A DNA stretch of 63,380 bases, counting the filler, from Octopus bimaculoides (lineage: Eukaryota), in the NCBI RefSeq assembly GCF_001194135.2. It is 5 parts of 4 records of this genome, joined end to end, with 100 filler letters (N's around TTAATTAATTAA, not from the genome) between each part and the next. Parts side by side here need not be neighbours in the genome. Positions count along the whole stretch, not along the records: positions 1 to 23,192 come from NC_068984.1; 4 more parts are not named here. One strand, 5' to 3'. A program made the position numbers and the translations under genes. Below are positions 1 through 11,927 of this stretch, piece by piece. Numbering within the stretch: the first letter of the stretch is position 1; every line of letters begins with the position of its first letter. The notes under the pieces are model-generated. The model saw only the letters and a list, made by a program, of their open reading frames with translations. It was not told the DNA's origin and did no database searches.

Positions 1-494
1 TATATATATACATATGTCACACTTAATTTTATCGTAAACAATAATATCCTTATCTATATTGATATGTATGTATGTATGTATGTATGTATATCAATCCACG
101 TTATCAACACATGCATTGTAAGAAAATTAGACTGGCCGTTTTCTGAATTGTTGTTGCAATTAACAGATAAGAGCCGCTGATTTCTCCGTGGGCGAAGAGA
201 TAATTTATTACTTATTCATTTATTTAATCAATTTAAGCATCCATGTAAAGCTTGTAGGCCATGACAGGCTTAGAATAGCATGTAATGCCGCCTGTATTTA
301 AGAAGAAACAAGCACAAAATAGCATAACTAAGAGACGAGAAAGTACGGATGAAGTACAGTTAAAGATTTCTGTTATTGAATTTTTCTGTAGACTTCATAA
401 ATTAGAAAATTTAATTTAAAGATGATGGTACCTGAACAATATATTGCACTTCTAGCCTTGATAGGATTTTTTAAAGGCTATCAAAATGTCCCAA

Positions 495-705
495 GACGGT
501 GAGCTGGCAGAATGGTTACCGTACCGGGAAATTGCCTAGCGTCATTTCTCCCGGCTTTACGTTCTGAGTTCAAATGCCACTGGGGTCGACTTTGCATTTC
601 ATCCTTACAGTGTCGATAAAATAAGCACCAATTGAACACTGGGGTAGATGTAATCGACTTACCCCTCCCCGAAATTGCTGACCTTGGACCAAAATTTGGA
701 ACTAA
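495..705 (+). mobile_element. SINE family A, diverged copy, tail type iii
   Basis: Head GACGGTGAGCTGGCAGAATGGTTA, B-box-like GAGTTCAAAT, body GGTCGACTTTGC..TCATCC..GTCGATAAAATAAG..GGGGTAGATGTAATCGAC shared with many copies in the window. Confidence 0.85.
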
Positions 706-1224
706 TATTAAAAATGTCCTCTCTCACAGCTTGGTAATTTTTGCATTGGAACGAATAAATATTATAGGGTTTTTGAACAGTTTCCATAAGAGCATAATGG
801 TTATTCAATAAGACCTCTTCATAACAACACAGTTCTAACAAAAATGGGCCTTCCAAAGTCAACAAAGACATTGCTAGTTGACGCTACTTGGTACGTGATA
901 CATTAATACATTGATAGATCTGATATAATGGAAGAGTAAAGTTCGATAGTTTATTTCGTGATTCTAACCAATATTTTTTCCAGCCTTGACTAATATATAA
1001 TTCTATATTACAGACTAGCTTATAAAGTTATAATTCTGTTTTAACCTCAAGGTCATTTCAGAATTGCAAGGGACGAAACAGAAATAAAACACTTAGTTAA
1101 GTCATTAAATAAACAAATACAGTCAATCCTACATCCTACGGCATACCGAATACTTTAAAATGCGAAAGCTTTCTTTGTCTAAACAAACGTATAACAATAT
1201 GCGTGCATTACATACATATATTTT

Positions 1225-1316
1225 GTAGAGGCGCGTAGCTTAGTGGTTAGGATATCTGCATCATGATCGTAAGATTGTGACTTCGATTCCTGGACCGGGC
1301 GACGCGTTGTGTTCGG
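1225..1316 (+). mobile_element. SINE family C, 5' fragment
   Basis: Aligns to the full copy at 50632-50895 (CTTAGTGGTTA..GCATCATGATCGTAAGATTGTG..TTCGATTCCTGGACCGGGCGACGCGTTGTGTT). Confidence 0.85.
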
Positions 1317-1485
1317 AGAGTCTGTGATATCGAATTTCCCCTCCTTGCATCGTGCAGTTGTTTCAGTAACACTGTGTAACACGATTTTTGTCCCTGAGTA
1401 GCAGCTGTTATTTCCTATTGACTTACTCCTAGAAAGTATGAAAACTGACTAATATTTCCTTCAAACTTTTGCTTTTGTTACGATA

Positions 1486-1662
1486 TTTATTCAAATCCCA
1501 AAGAATCCCTCTCAACATACGGCTATGATGTTCCCCTATCCCCAATACTCCTGCTCATAATCAGCAATGTACATATTGCAGTCATTAAGGAACATGTCCA
1601 AATGGTTAAAGTCAAGCAACTGACAAGCAAATCTGTGGTATTGGGCAGAGTATTTGCTATAA
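1486..1662 (-). mobile_element. Repeat F internal fragment
   Basis: ATTCAAATCCCAAAGAATCCCTCTCAACATACGGCTATGATG..CTGACAAGCAAATCTGTGGTATTG matches 40733-40900 and the reverse complement of 53270-53430. Confidence 0.8.
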
Positions 1663-2487
1663 TGATGTTCCTCCTTCAGCAACACAGCGCTGAATCTGTC
1701 TGAAATTTAATGGAAAATAGGTCAACTTCAAAACATAGATGTCCATGTCACGAAAGTAAAGTTTAAAGGGTATAGGAGTAATTTATTTTGACTTCTAGAA
1801 AGAAGCAAATAAGAAATAACACTTATTGACCAAAGACAAGGGGAAAATGAAAAATTTTGTTACACACTGTAATAGAGCCTTCTCTGAACAGTATAAATAT
1901 TTCAAGCAGCATTGGTAGCTTTGGAAACCTGGATTAGAAGTGAAGAGAAGCGTCGAAAATGCTTCTATTTTTCTTATTTTCTACTTGGCTTTCCATTGTC
2001 AAATGTCTGTAAAAGGTAAAACTTCATTCAAATTTCAAAAACGATAAGAAAAAGTTGTAGAGGAAGTACAGAACTACAAAAGAAAGACATTAAAAAAAAC
2101 AGCAGTAAAAATGTTTTTCATGATAATTCATATATCGTAAGAAACAAACGAACGAATTTATCTGACAAATCAATATTTTATTTTCAGGTATTTTTTTTAT
2201 ACATCACTCACGTTTGTCATTCAGTGCTTAATTTTATCTTCTTTCGCAGGCGGTGAAGTATCATTTATTTATTTATACATTTTATTTATTTATTTATTTA
2301 TTTATTCTCAATTTCAATGACTGCTAAAGCTATTACTGTCTCCATTTGTTTTAAATTATTATTGCTCACTGAAAAATTACCTCCATAAAACGAATTAAGA
2401 CGTGCAGAAGGAGTTTCATGATTGTCTACAGAACATACACATACAGTCACGCACACACACCACACACGCATATATGTACATATATAT

Positions 2488-3095
2488 CTGACCGAACTTA
2501 TCCTCTCACTTAACTGCTTCTCGTTCGCGGATGATTTTTACCAGCAGGAGTGGCCATGGGAACGAGAATGGGCCCCCAACTATGCGAACCTTTCCGTTGG
2601 CTACGTTGAGGCCCAAATATTCTCAGGTTTCACTGGTCCCACTCCTGAATTATATGGTCGTTATATTGACGACTGTATCGGTGCAACCTCACTCTCCCAC
2701 GAACATCTAGACTCCTTCTTCTCTTTTGTCAAATCTTTCCATCCTGCCCTCTACTTCTCCTGCACTATTTCCGACACCTCAGTCGCCTTTCTCGACATTT
2801 CGGTCAGCATTCATCACTCCACTCTCACCACCTCCATCCACAACAAACACACAGACTCACACTCATACCTCAACTTCTCCTCCTCCCATCCTAAACACAC
2901 CAAGCTCTCCATCCCCTATTCCCAATTCCTCCGTCTACGCAGGTTCTGCAGTGACCACAATGACTTTGAGATTCAGTCTCAACTCATAGCTCACCACTTC
3001 ATCCTACGCGGATATCCCCTCACCACTACCCACACCGCCCTTGCCAGAGCACGTTCCGTGGACCGTGCATCTGCTCTCTTCCCACGAACCCGTTA
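2488..3095 (+). pseudogene. Penelope-like element reverse transcriptase fragment (RT motifs 4-7 plus thumb)
   Basis: LTELILSLNCFSF..YQQ-GVAMGTRMGP (frameshifted) NYANL..YGRYIDDC..F.SFHPAL.F..VAFLDISV..TDSHSYLNFSSSHP..SIPYSQFLRLRRFCS..RGYP, characteristic PLE motifs; 5' truncated. Confidence 0.9.
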
Positions 3096-3101
3096 CGGAT
3101 A

Positions 3102-3148
3102 GATGCTGCCGACGAAGCTCAAAAAGGAAGAAATACGTATCTAGCGTC
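3102..3148 (+). ncRNA. Degenerate type I hammerhead motif directly after the PLE RT
   Basis: Stem I GATGCTG/TAGCGTC; core CCGACGA (U4->C); GAAA; palindromic stem III ATACGTAT; UC cleavage site; stem II decayed. Confidence 0.55.
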
Positions 3149-3366
3149 CTAGCCACCATTTCTGGACGATTTTCGTTCGCTACTGACTTATTTTTGTGTT
3201 AGTTAGCACAGTATGTCCATATGAGAAACTATCTCCAGATGAATACAGCAGCTAATTTTCTTTTCCGTGATGTATTTGCATTAATCAAGACATACAGCTA
3301 GCTATTTTAATCTAATACTACTTCTGCTGCATATGACGTATGTATGTATGTATGTATGTATGTATG

Positions 3367-3576
3367 TGACCGCGTGTGTATCGTTGGCGATTTTCTTTCT
3401 CCGACTTCCCTTCTTTGGACTTTTTCTATATTTCTGATGAAGAACTCCGCTCGAAACGTGAAATCCTCTTTCTTTTCTTTCCTTTCTTGAGCGTCCAATA
3501 ACACTGTGCTTATTCCACGTCCTCGCGTTGTTGTTTTTTCGTGTTTTTTCTTGCTTGTTCATGTTTGGATTGACTA
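3367..3576 (+). mobile_element. PLE pLTR-like unit with minimal hammerhead at 3430-3464
   Basis: ATTT-CTGATGA-A-GAAC-TCC-GCTC-GAAA-CGTG-AAAT; T-rich tail; (TATG)n on both sides. Confidence 0.7.
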
Positions 3577-3967
3577 TGTATGTATGTACGTACGTACGTA
3601 TGTATGTATGTATGTATGTATGTATGTATGTATACATGTATGTACGCATGTATAGATTACTTGCATGAATACATTGTAGTGGTGTACAGATTTTATATCT
3701 TAATAAAAGAAGAAAGTAATCAGGATTTGGATAAATACTACTTATTGAGCGCTCTCAAACTCTTCAGGGACTTATCGTGAAATATGGATTATTGAAAATG
3801 TATCCCTTTTGTATATCAGAGTGGGTTGCAAAAAGTAGTCGAGAGCTCGACTTTCTTGTGTTTGGGAAAAATCATGCTTTGAGGTACGCCTTAAATCACG
3901 ACGGTGCCCCTATGAATTCATGACATATACATATATATTCTATATATGTAGTTATATATGCATATAT

Positions 3968-4195
3968 GGCGTGACTGTGTAGGATTGAACACAGAGCAAT
4001 GAAGTTGTTCCGACTGAAACTGGAACAACCACACTGTTCAGGGTTCAGGGTTCAATCCCAGTGCGTGATACTTTTGAGCAGGTTTCTTCTATAGCCCCAG
4101 GCCGACGAAAGCCTTCAGTGGATTTGGTAAGCGGAACTGTAAGAAGTACGTCGTATATATGAGTGTGTGTGTATGTGTGTGTATGTGTGTGTGTG

Positions 4196-4233
<38 letters not shown>

Positions 4234-4500
4234 CGTGTCTGTGTCTATGTGTGTACGTGTGTGAGTATGCGCGTGTGTATGCGCCTTTGTGTTTGTTCCC
4301 ACCACGGCATGACAGCCGGTGTTGGTTTATTTACGTCCCCGCAACTTAGCGGTTCGGCATAATTCATCAATTCGATAGAATAAATACTAGGCTTTAAAAA
4401 GTGAGTTCTTGGATCGATTTGTTCGACTAAAATTCGTCAAGGCGATGGCCCAGCATCGCTGCAATCAAATAACTGAAACAAGTAAAGTTAAAAGATAAAG
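3968..4500 (+). mobile_element. SINE family D with internal (TG)n
   Basis: GGGTTCAATCCC..GTGGATTTGGTAAGCGGAACTG, (TG)n, TTTACGTCCCCGCAACTTAGCGGTTCGGC..CCAGCATCGCTGCAATCAAATAACTGAAACAAGTAAA. Confidence 0.85.
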
Positions 4501-4502
4501 GA

Positions 4503-4561
<59 letters not shown>

Positions 4562-4727
4562 GTGTGTGTGTGNNNNNNNNNNGTGCGTGCGTGCGTGCGC
4601 GTGTGTGTGTGTGTAAGGATATACATAACATATTTATACATATATATATATAAGCATCAACATATATATATATATATACATATATACGCATATGTATATA
4701 TAGACGTGTGTGTCTACATATATGTGT

Positions 4728-4958
4728 TATTTCTTTACTACCCACAAGGGGCTACACACAGAGGGGAGAAACAAGTACAGACAAACGGATTAAGTCGATT
4801 ATATCGACCCCAGTGCGTAACTGGTACTTATTTAATCGACCCCGAAAGGATGAAAGGCAAAGTGGACCTCGGCGGAATTTGAACTCAGATCGTAGCGGCA
4901 GACGAAATACCGCTAAGCATTTCGCCCGGCGTGCTAACGTTTCTGCCAGCTCGCCGCC
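4728..4958 (-). mobile_element. SINE family A, well conserved, tail type i
   Basis: Reverse complement begins GGCGGCGAGCTGGCAGAAACGTTAGCACGCCGGGCGAAATGCTTAGCGG and ends GCCCCTTGTGGGTAGTAAAGAAATA. Confidence 0.9.
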
Positions 4959-5344
4959 TATATGTGTGTTTGCGCGTGTATATATATGTGTGTTTATGCG
5001 TGTATGTTTGTGTACGTACTTGTGTGTATACATATTTTATATATTATATACACATATGCGCACATTTTAATTTTCATCATCCTTTTCCTGATTTTGATTT
5101 ATACATTTGTTTCCATTTCTGTTCACCATTACGCTTATTATCTTTGTTATAAATAATGCTGTGCACTTCCAAAACATTAGTTATGTAAACAATTACACTC
5201 CTAATCTTTTGCGAACTAAAATTCAAAATAGTTTTAGCACTATAATATTTCTACGCTATATAATAATAGCAGACTGCATCTGTATTGAGTATTTTTCCTA
5301 TTATTTGTTAAGTCTAACAAATACGAGCGTGTATGCGCGTCTAT

Positions 5345-5790
5345 GTGGGAGAATATACGAAAAAACAACAACAGACGAGGACAGGTGGTGTAAATAACAA
5401 AAGGATGTATTAGTATGACGCTCGGGAATACGGAAAGTCTTTGACGTTTCAAGCTACGCTCTTCAACAGAAAGAATACGGAGACAAGGAGAAAAACACGG
5501 AGAGAAAAAAATTGAATAGTGTCCAGTCAACGGTCAATCATAATAATGGCTGATCATAACAATGACTGACCGGAAGTTAGAAATTCTTTTTTCAGGAGAG
5601 CTAAGAAAATGGGGAGATAACAAACGGTGATCGAAGAACGAGGGGCTGTGTGTGGGAGATAGAATGCTGGTGATCTTGACGTATGTAGTGTGAAAATGGG
5701 GAAGGGAGAAAGTAGTTGGTCAGTTGTAGTGTGTGCGTGGTGTGATGCGAGAGTATTGGTGTGGTGTGATGTGAGGGTGTTGGGTGGTCT
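5345..5790 (-). mobile_element. PLE pLTR-like unit with minimal hammerhead at 5437-5472
   Basis: Minus strand TCTTT-CTGTTGA-A-GAGC-GTA-GCTT-GAAA-CGTC-AAAGA; same family as 29751-29967. Confidence 0.7.
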
Positions 5791-5988
5791 ATGTGTGTAT
5801 GTATTTCATGCCAATACGATCGTCAGATAAAGTTTTGTCTGACGATCGCAGTGGAGTGAAACTCGAGTCGCACCACATATTCACTCTATAACATGTATAC
5901 TCTGTACTCTCTTCCTCCTTTGTTTGAAAAAAAATCAATATTTGGATACGATATGCATACATATATACATACATATATACAAACATAC

Positions 5989-6368
5989 GTGGAGGCGCAA
6001 TGGCCCAGTGGTTAGGGCAGCGGACTCGCGGTCATAGGATCGCGGTTTCGATTCCCAGACCGGGCGCTGTGAATGTTTATTGAGCGAAAACATCTAAAGC
6101 TCCACGAGGATCCGGCAGGAGATGGTGGCGAACCCTGCTGTACTCTTCCACCACAACTTTCTCTAACTCTTACTTCCTGTTTCTGTTGTGCCTGTAATTC
6201 GAAAGGGCCAGCCTTGTCACACTCTGTGTCACGCTGTACTACGTTAAGGGTACACGTGTCTGTGGAGTGCTCAGCCACTTGCATGTTAATTTTACGAGCA
6301 GGCTGTTCCGTTGATCGGATCAACTGGAACCCTCGTCATCGTAAGCGACGGAGTGCCAACAACAACAA
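5989..6368 (+). mobile_element. SINE family B, full length, (CAA)n tail
   Basis: Head GGAGGCGCAATGGCCCAGTGGTTAGGGCAGCGGACTCGCGG..GGTTTCGATTCCCAGACC (A and B boxes); tail CGTAAGCGACGGAGTGC(CAA)n; imperfect TSD CAAAC(AC)ATAC. Confidence 0.9.
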
Positions 6369-6389
6369 ACACACATACCCTATTAACGC

Positions 6390-6450
6390 TGGTAAGATTT
6401 GCCTGACGATCGTAGTGGCGTGAAACTTGAGTCGCACCATATATTCAGTA
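6390..6450 (+). ncRNA. Best-preserved type I hammerhead of the array
   Basis: TTTGC-CTGACGA-T-CGT-AGTG-GCG-T-GAAA-CTTGAG-TC-GCA; GUC site after 6433; 10.1-11.1 is U.U rather than G-C. Confidence 0.65.
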
Positions 6451-6834
6451 TATAACATGTATACTTTGTCCTCTCTTCCTCCTTCGTTTGACAAAAATCA
6501 ACATTTGAATACGATATACATATACACATATATACTCAATCAATGTCTGTTTCTATATTCAATGCTGGTAAGATATGCCTGACGATCGCAGTGGAGTGAA
6601 AGCTCGAGTCGCCCCACATATTCTTTGTTCTCTCTTTCTCATTCGTTTGACAAAAATCAACATTTCGATGCGACATACATACATACATACATACATACAT
6701 TACATACATGCTTACCCAACCAACGTCTGCTTCTGTATTCAACAATGCTGGTAAAATGGCTTTGTTGAAATCATGTTTCTAGATAACAGAGCACACAGAG
6801 GCTGTGTGGGAGTTCCTGGAGAAAAGCAATAGAA

Positions 6835-8003
<1,169 letters not shown>

Positions 8004-8009
8004 TCTACT

Positions 8010-9400
8010 TGTTGTTGAGTGACATGATACGTGGCTTTGAGTGGAGAACATAACATGAGTGACAAGAAGAGGAGAAACGAAGAAATAGTGAAGACCTGAT
8101 TGGGAATGGCATGGTACGTGCCAGATGTTAGGAGCAGAGGTCATTATAGTAGCGTAGAAAAGGCTGACAGGGAAAAGACACAGTATATAAGTAGGCCAGA
8201 TGTTTGGAGTCGTTGGTCTATTAGCTCCCTTCCCTTCTCCCGTTCTGTCTTGCCGTCTTCTCTCTCTCTCTCTCTCATATACACACACAGACACACGCAC
8301 CATCTCTCTGTCTCTCGGTACCTCTTTCCCTCTCTGTCTCTCTGTCTCTATCTCTATCTATCTATCTATATCTCTTTCACTCCGGCTTTATACATGTTGC
8401 TTTGACGACCGACTTCCTTTGACAAAATACAAGGTCAGACTGTTTATCAAAGCGTTATAATTTCCCTACCTCCATCCCGTCCTTTGAATTCATCCAGAAC
8501 AGGGAATGCGCTCGTGATCATTGCAGGGCCTTCGAAACCGTTGAGATCGACGGCGTTACTTCTTGATATTCGATAGTTAAACATGAATGGCGACGGAATT
8601 CCAGAAGGCCAAGGTTCTTGAAAGGGATGGCTGTATGGAATGGTTTGCGTAAGCCCTGTAGGAAGTATATATACTGTACAATATTGGTGACGAGAAGAAG
8701 GAAGACGAAAGACGAAGCGGAACCGGTTTTTAAATATGAGAGAAAAGGTTGTGTGCCTGGAAACGTGGCCTTGAGGAGTAGAAAACAATATGAGTGGTAA
8801 GTGGAGGAAAAAGGAAGAAATAGTGAGTGGCCGTATTGAAGTGAGATGAAACGGACTGGGAAGCTGATGCCATCGTGCTAGCTCTAGAAAATGCTGAGAA
8901 AGAGAGAGAGACAGAGAGACAAAGACAGAGAGACAAAGACAGAGAGACAAACAGAGAGACAAACAGAGAGACAGAGAGACAAAGACAGAGAGACAAACAG
9001 AGAGACAGCGAGACAAAGACAGAGAGACAAACAGAGAGACAGAGGGACAAAGATAGGGAAACAAAGACAGAGAGACAGAGAATGAGCAAGCACAGTATAT
9101 ATTTGGATGCTTAGAGTATGTTGGTGAATGATTTCATACGACCTAACCCGGTGGCCTGAGTTGTGTATGGAAGCGATATGAAATGGACTAGAAAGCTGGG
9201 GGTCATCGTGGTAGCGCTAGAAAAGGATGAGAGAGATAGAAAGACAGAGAGAGGGAGGAGGAGGTGAGAGAGACAGAGACAGAACGAATTTATACTATCC
9301 ACTGTGGTGCTCTTGAATGTGTATGGAAGTGATATGCAACGGACTGGGAAGCTGGGACAATTGTGGTAGCGCTAGAAAAGGCTGAGAGAGAGAGATACTG
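8010..9400. repeat. Degenerate tandem unit, four copies, each ending in a GA-rich tract
   Basis: Motif like GGAAGCTGGG..CATCGTGGTAGCGCTAGAAAAGGCTGAGAGAG at ~8135, ~8860, ~9190 and ~9345. Confidence 0.7.
8470..8655 (-). other. Candidate 186-nt phase 1-1 coding exon, or decayed PLE thumb domain
   Basis: Acceptor ttcctacag|GG, donor GAG|gtaggg, open frame LTQTIPYSHPFQEPWPSGIPSPFMFNYRISRSNAVDLNGFEGPAMITSAFPVLDEFKGRDG. Confidence 0.3.
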
Positions 9401-11687
9401 ATGCTGATGGGGGTCCTTGAGTCGTTGCCTTTTGTAGCAAAGTATGGTGAGGTGATAAATGAAGAGATGACTTGCAAATATATAGTCAAAATCTGTATGA
9501 ACATTCACGTGACGATAGCTCCCTATGACCACAAGTCTACCCAGGAGTTATAATCCCATTGTAGGAGCAGAAACCACCAACAAAAAACAAACAAACAAAA
9601 ATACAGGCTTGTTGTGCAAGGAGGAGGGTAGCAGCAGATAGCAGCTGAAGCATTTATGATAGCAGGCTGATGAAGTGCGTAAACGATCGCGGGGTATACT
9701 ATGGTCGCAGCTCGGAGGATGATCAGAGCTGGAGACAAACGGAATTGCCTCCTCCACAATACCATTAGTGTCAGGGATCAAGGAAATAGTACAAGATGCT
9801 GATGATTTCTTTCTTCCGCCACAGAGCTAACCAAAGACTGAGCAGTAGTTTCACCATATCGCACCACAGCAATGAAGAAGATGAAAGCAAGAAATCACTG
9901 AGGACATATGGAAAAGAAACAGGATACATATGAAAAAATTGAGACTAAATGAAAGACATGGAAGTTTCGCACGAAGAGATGCCCGATTTCTTTTTTCTGT
10001 AGTCTGTGCTCTCCCTGATAGCCAAGGAGAGTATCCTCATTGTCGCAAAAGGATGAGATTGCACTATTAGTTGTAGTAGAGGGAAAGGCACCCGAGCGAC
10101 GGATTTCATGTTCTGGACGAGGAAACTTCCTTGGCCGTTTTCGGAGCAGATCCTGCGGTACAACTGGCAGCATTGTCGGAAGAGCTGTCTCCAAGAAACA
10201 CTGTTTTTATTGCTGGCTCAACTGCTTTCTGCCGCTCCCACTCTCTCTCTCTCTTTGCCTCTCCGGTCTGCCGGGTCACAAAATGCTGAATTGAATCTTA
10301 CTGTCATAATTACAATAGCTGGTCTTTCTAGCCTATACCGCCAGTCTCATTACTTCTGATTTTACACTCACGACAGAACACAGCTCAGAAATGGATCTGA
10401 GGTTTTCGGAGGTCTTTAAAACTCGTAAAGTTCATACTTACTCCGCCCAACTACATGTTACTTTACGTGATCTCTGCACTCAAAATATACTTATATTGTG
10501 ATACAAAGGTCACAACGACCCAGAAAGAAATGTCATTATCAATGAATGTCATTGAATGTCATTTTTATATTGCTCTATCCCATGTATAGTGGTGAGTGCG
10601 TATGAACAGGTGTATGGTGTGCGAAACCAGCATGTCACCTCGCTTCGTCTTTGGTGTGGCGAACCAAACAGACACATCGCATATTTTCCCCGCGCTTGAT
10701 AGAAATCTCATCTTTTCTCACATCAACAAGGGTTCCTTGTAGCTGCTCTTTTGAGGTCATGTGAAAGTCTCCTCCATTTTTAGCAATACATAGGTATATT
10801 ACTCCCCTTCTTACGCGCTCTTGCGTTGCTCAAGCAAGAAGGTACTACCTCTTGTAACACTTTTCCTATATCTTCTTTCCTTCGAACCGACTTTTTAGCT
10901 CGCTAGACTAGAAAACAAACAACAAAATACAAAGAACAAAACTCGCATATTACTGTAGCTTTCAGCAAATTCTAGGTTTTGTTTTGTATCTATTTGTTCG
11001 GTATTTTTGTTTTCTTTTCGTCTGCTATTTATTTATTTATTTATTTATTTATCTAAATGTGTTAATATGTTTTAAATCCGTTCATATTTGAAAGGCGTAT
11101 TTGCTGATATTCATGTGACGAGCACCTCTTCCCGTTCCTCCATAAAACAAAGCCAAGTTGAAATCTGTGCAAGCGAAACATATCAACGAAATATAAAACA
11201 CAAATAATTCGAAGAAAAACTGTATTTTTTCCACCTCAAGGTAGCACGGTGGGCGTGGGTGGGGGNNNNNNNNNNNNNNNNNNNNNNNNNNNNNNNNNNN
11301 NNNNNNNNNNNNNNNNNNNNNNNNNNNNNNNNNNNNNNNNNNNNNNNNNNNNNNNNNNNNNNNNNNNNNNNNNNNNNNNNNNNNNNNNNNNNNNNNNNNN
11401 NNNNNNNNNNNNNNNNNNNNNNNNNNNNNNNNNNNNNNNNNNNNNNNNNNNNNNNNNNNNNNNNNNNNNNNNNNNNNNNNNNNNNNNNNNNNNNNNNNNN
11501 NNNNNNNNNNNNNNNNNNNNNNNNNNNNNNNNNNNNNNNNNNNNNNNNNNNNNNNNNNNNNNNNNNNNNNNNNNNNNNNNNNNNNNNNNNNNNNNNNNNN
11601 NNNNNNNNNNNNNNNNNNNNNNNNNNNNNNNNNNNNNNNNNNNNNNNNNNNNNNNNNNGCAGCATTATTAATAATAATAATAATAAC

Positions 11688-11795
<108 letters not shown>

Positions 11796-11927
11796 AATAA
11801 TAATAGTAACAACAACAACAACAACAAAATAAATTTGAAATGCAACTGGAACCCTCAAAGTCGCTGCAAATGTTAGGCCACACCATAAGTAAGGAGGATC
11901 TCTAGTGACGATTGTACATGTTCAACA

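Larger units (their letters stand above)
5815..6754 (+). repeat. Tandem array of ~177-nt hammerhead-containing monomers (3 copies plus start of a 4th), interrupted by a SINE
   Basis: Cores CTGACGA at 5839, 6403 and 6579, each followed by T-CGY-AGTG-GMG-T-GAAA-(G)CTYGAG-TC-GC(A/C)CC and a shared spacer (CTCTCTTCCTCC..GTTTGACAAAAATCAACATTT..(CATA)n..CAATGTCTG..GCTGGTAAGAT). Confidence 0.85.

Noticed and set aside
2225-2262. Strong acceptor (ttctttcgcag) suggesting a 3-8-nt microexon
   Set aside because: Both available donors (GTGAAG, GTATCA) are weak
5989-6065. tRNA genes at SINE heads (families A, B, C)
   Set aside because: A/B boxes are present, but no complete acceptor stem; each continues into a shared multi-copy body and tail
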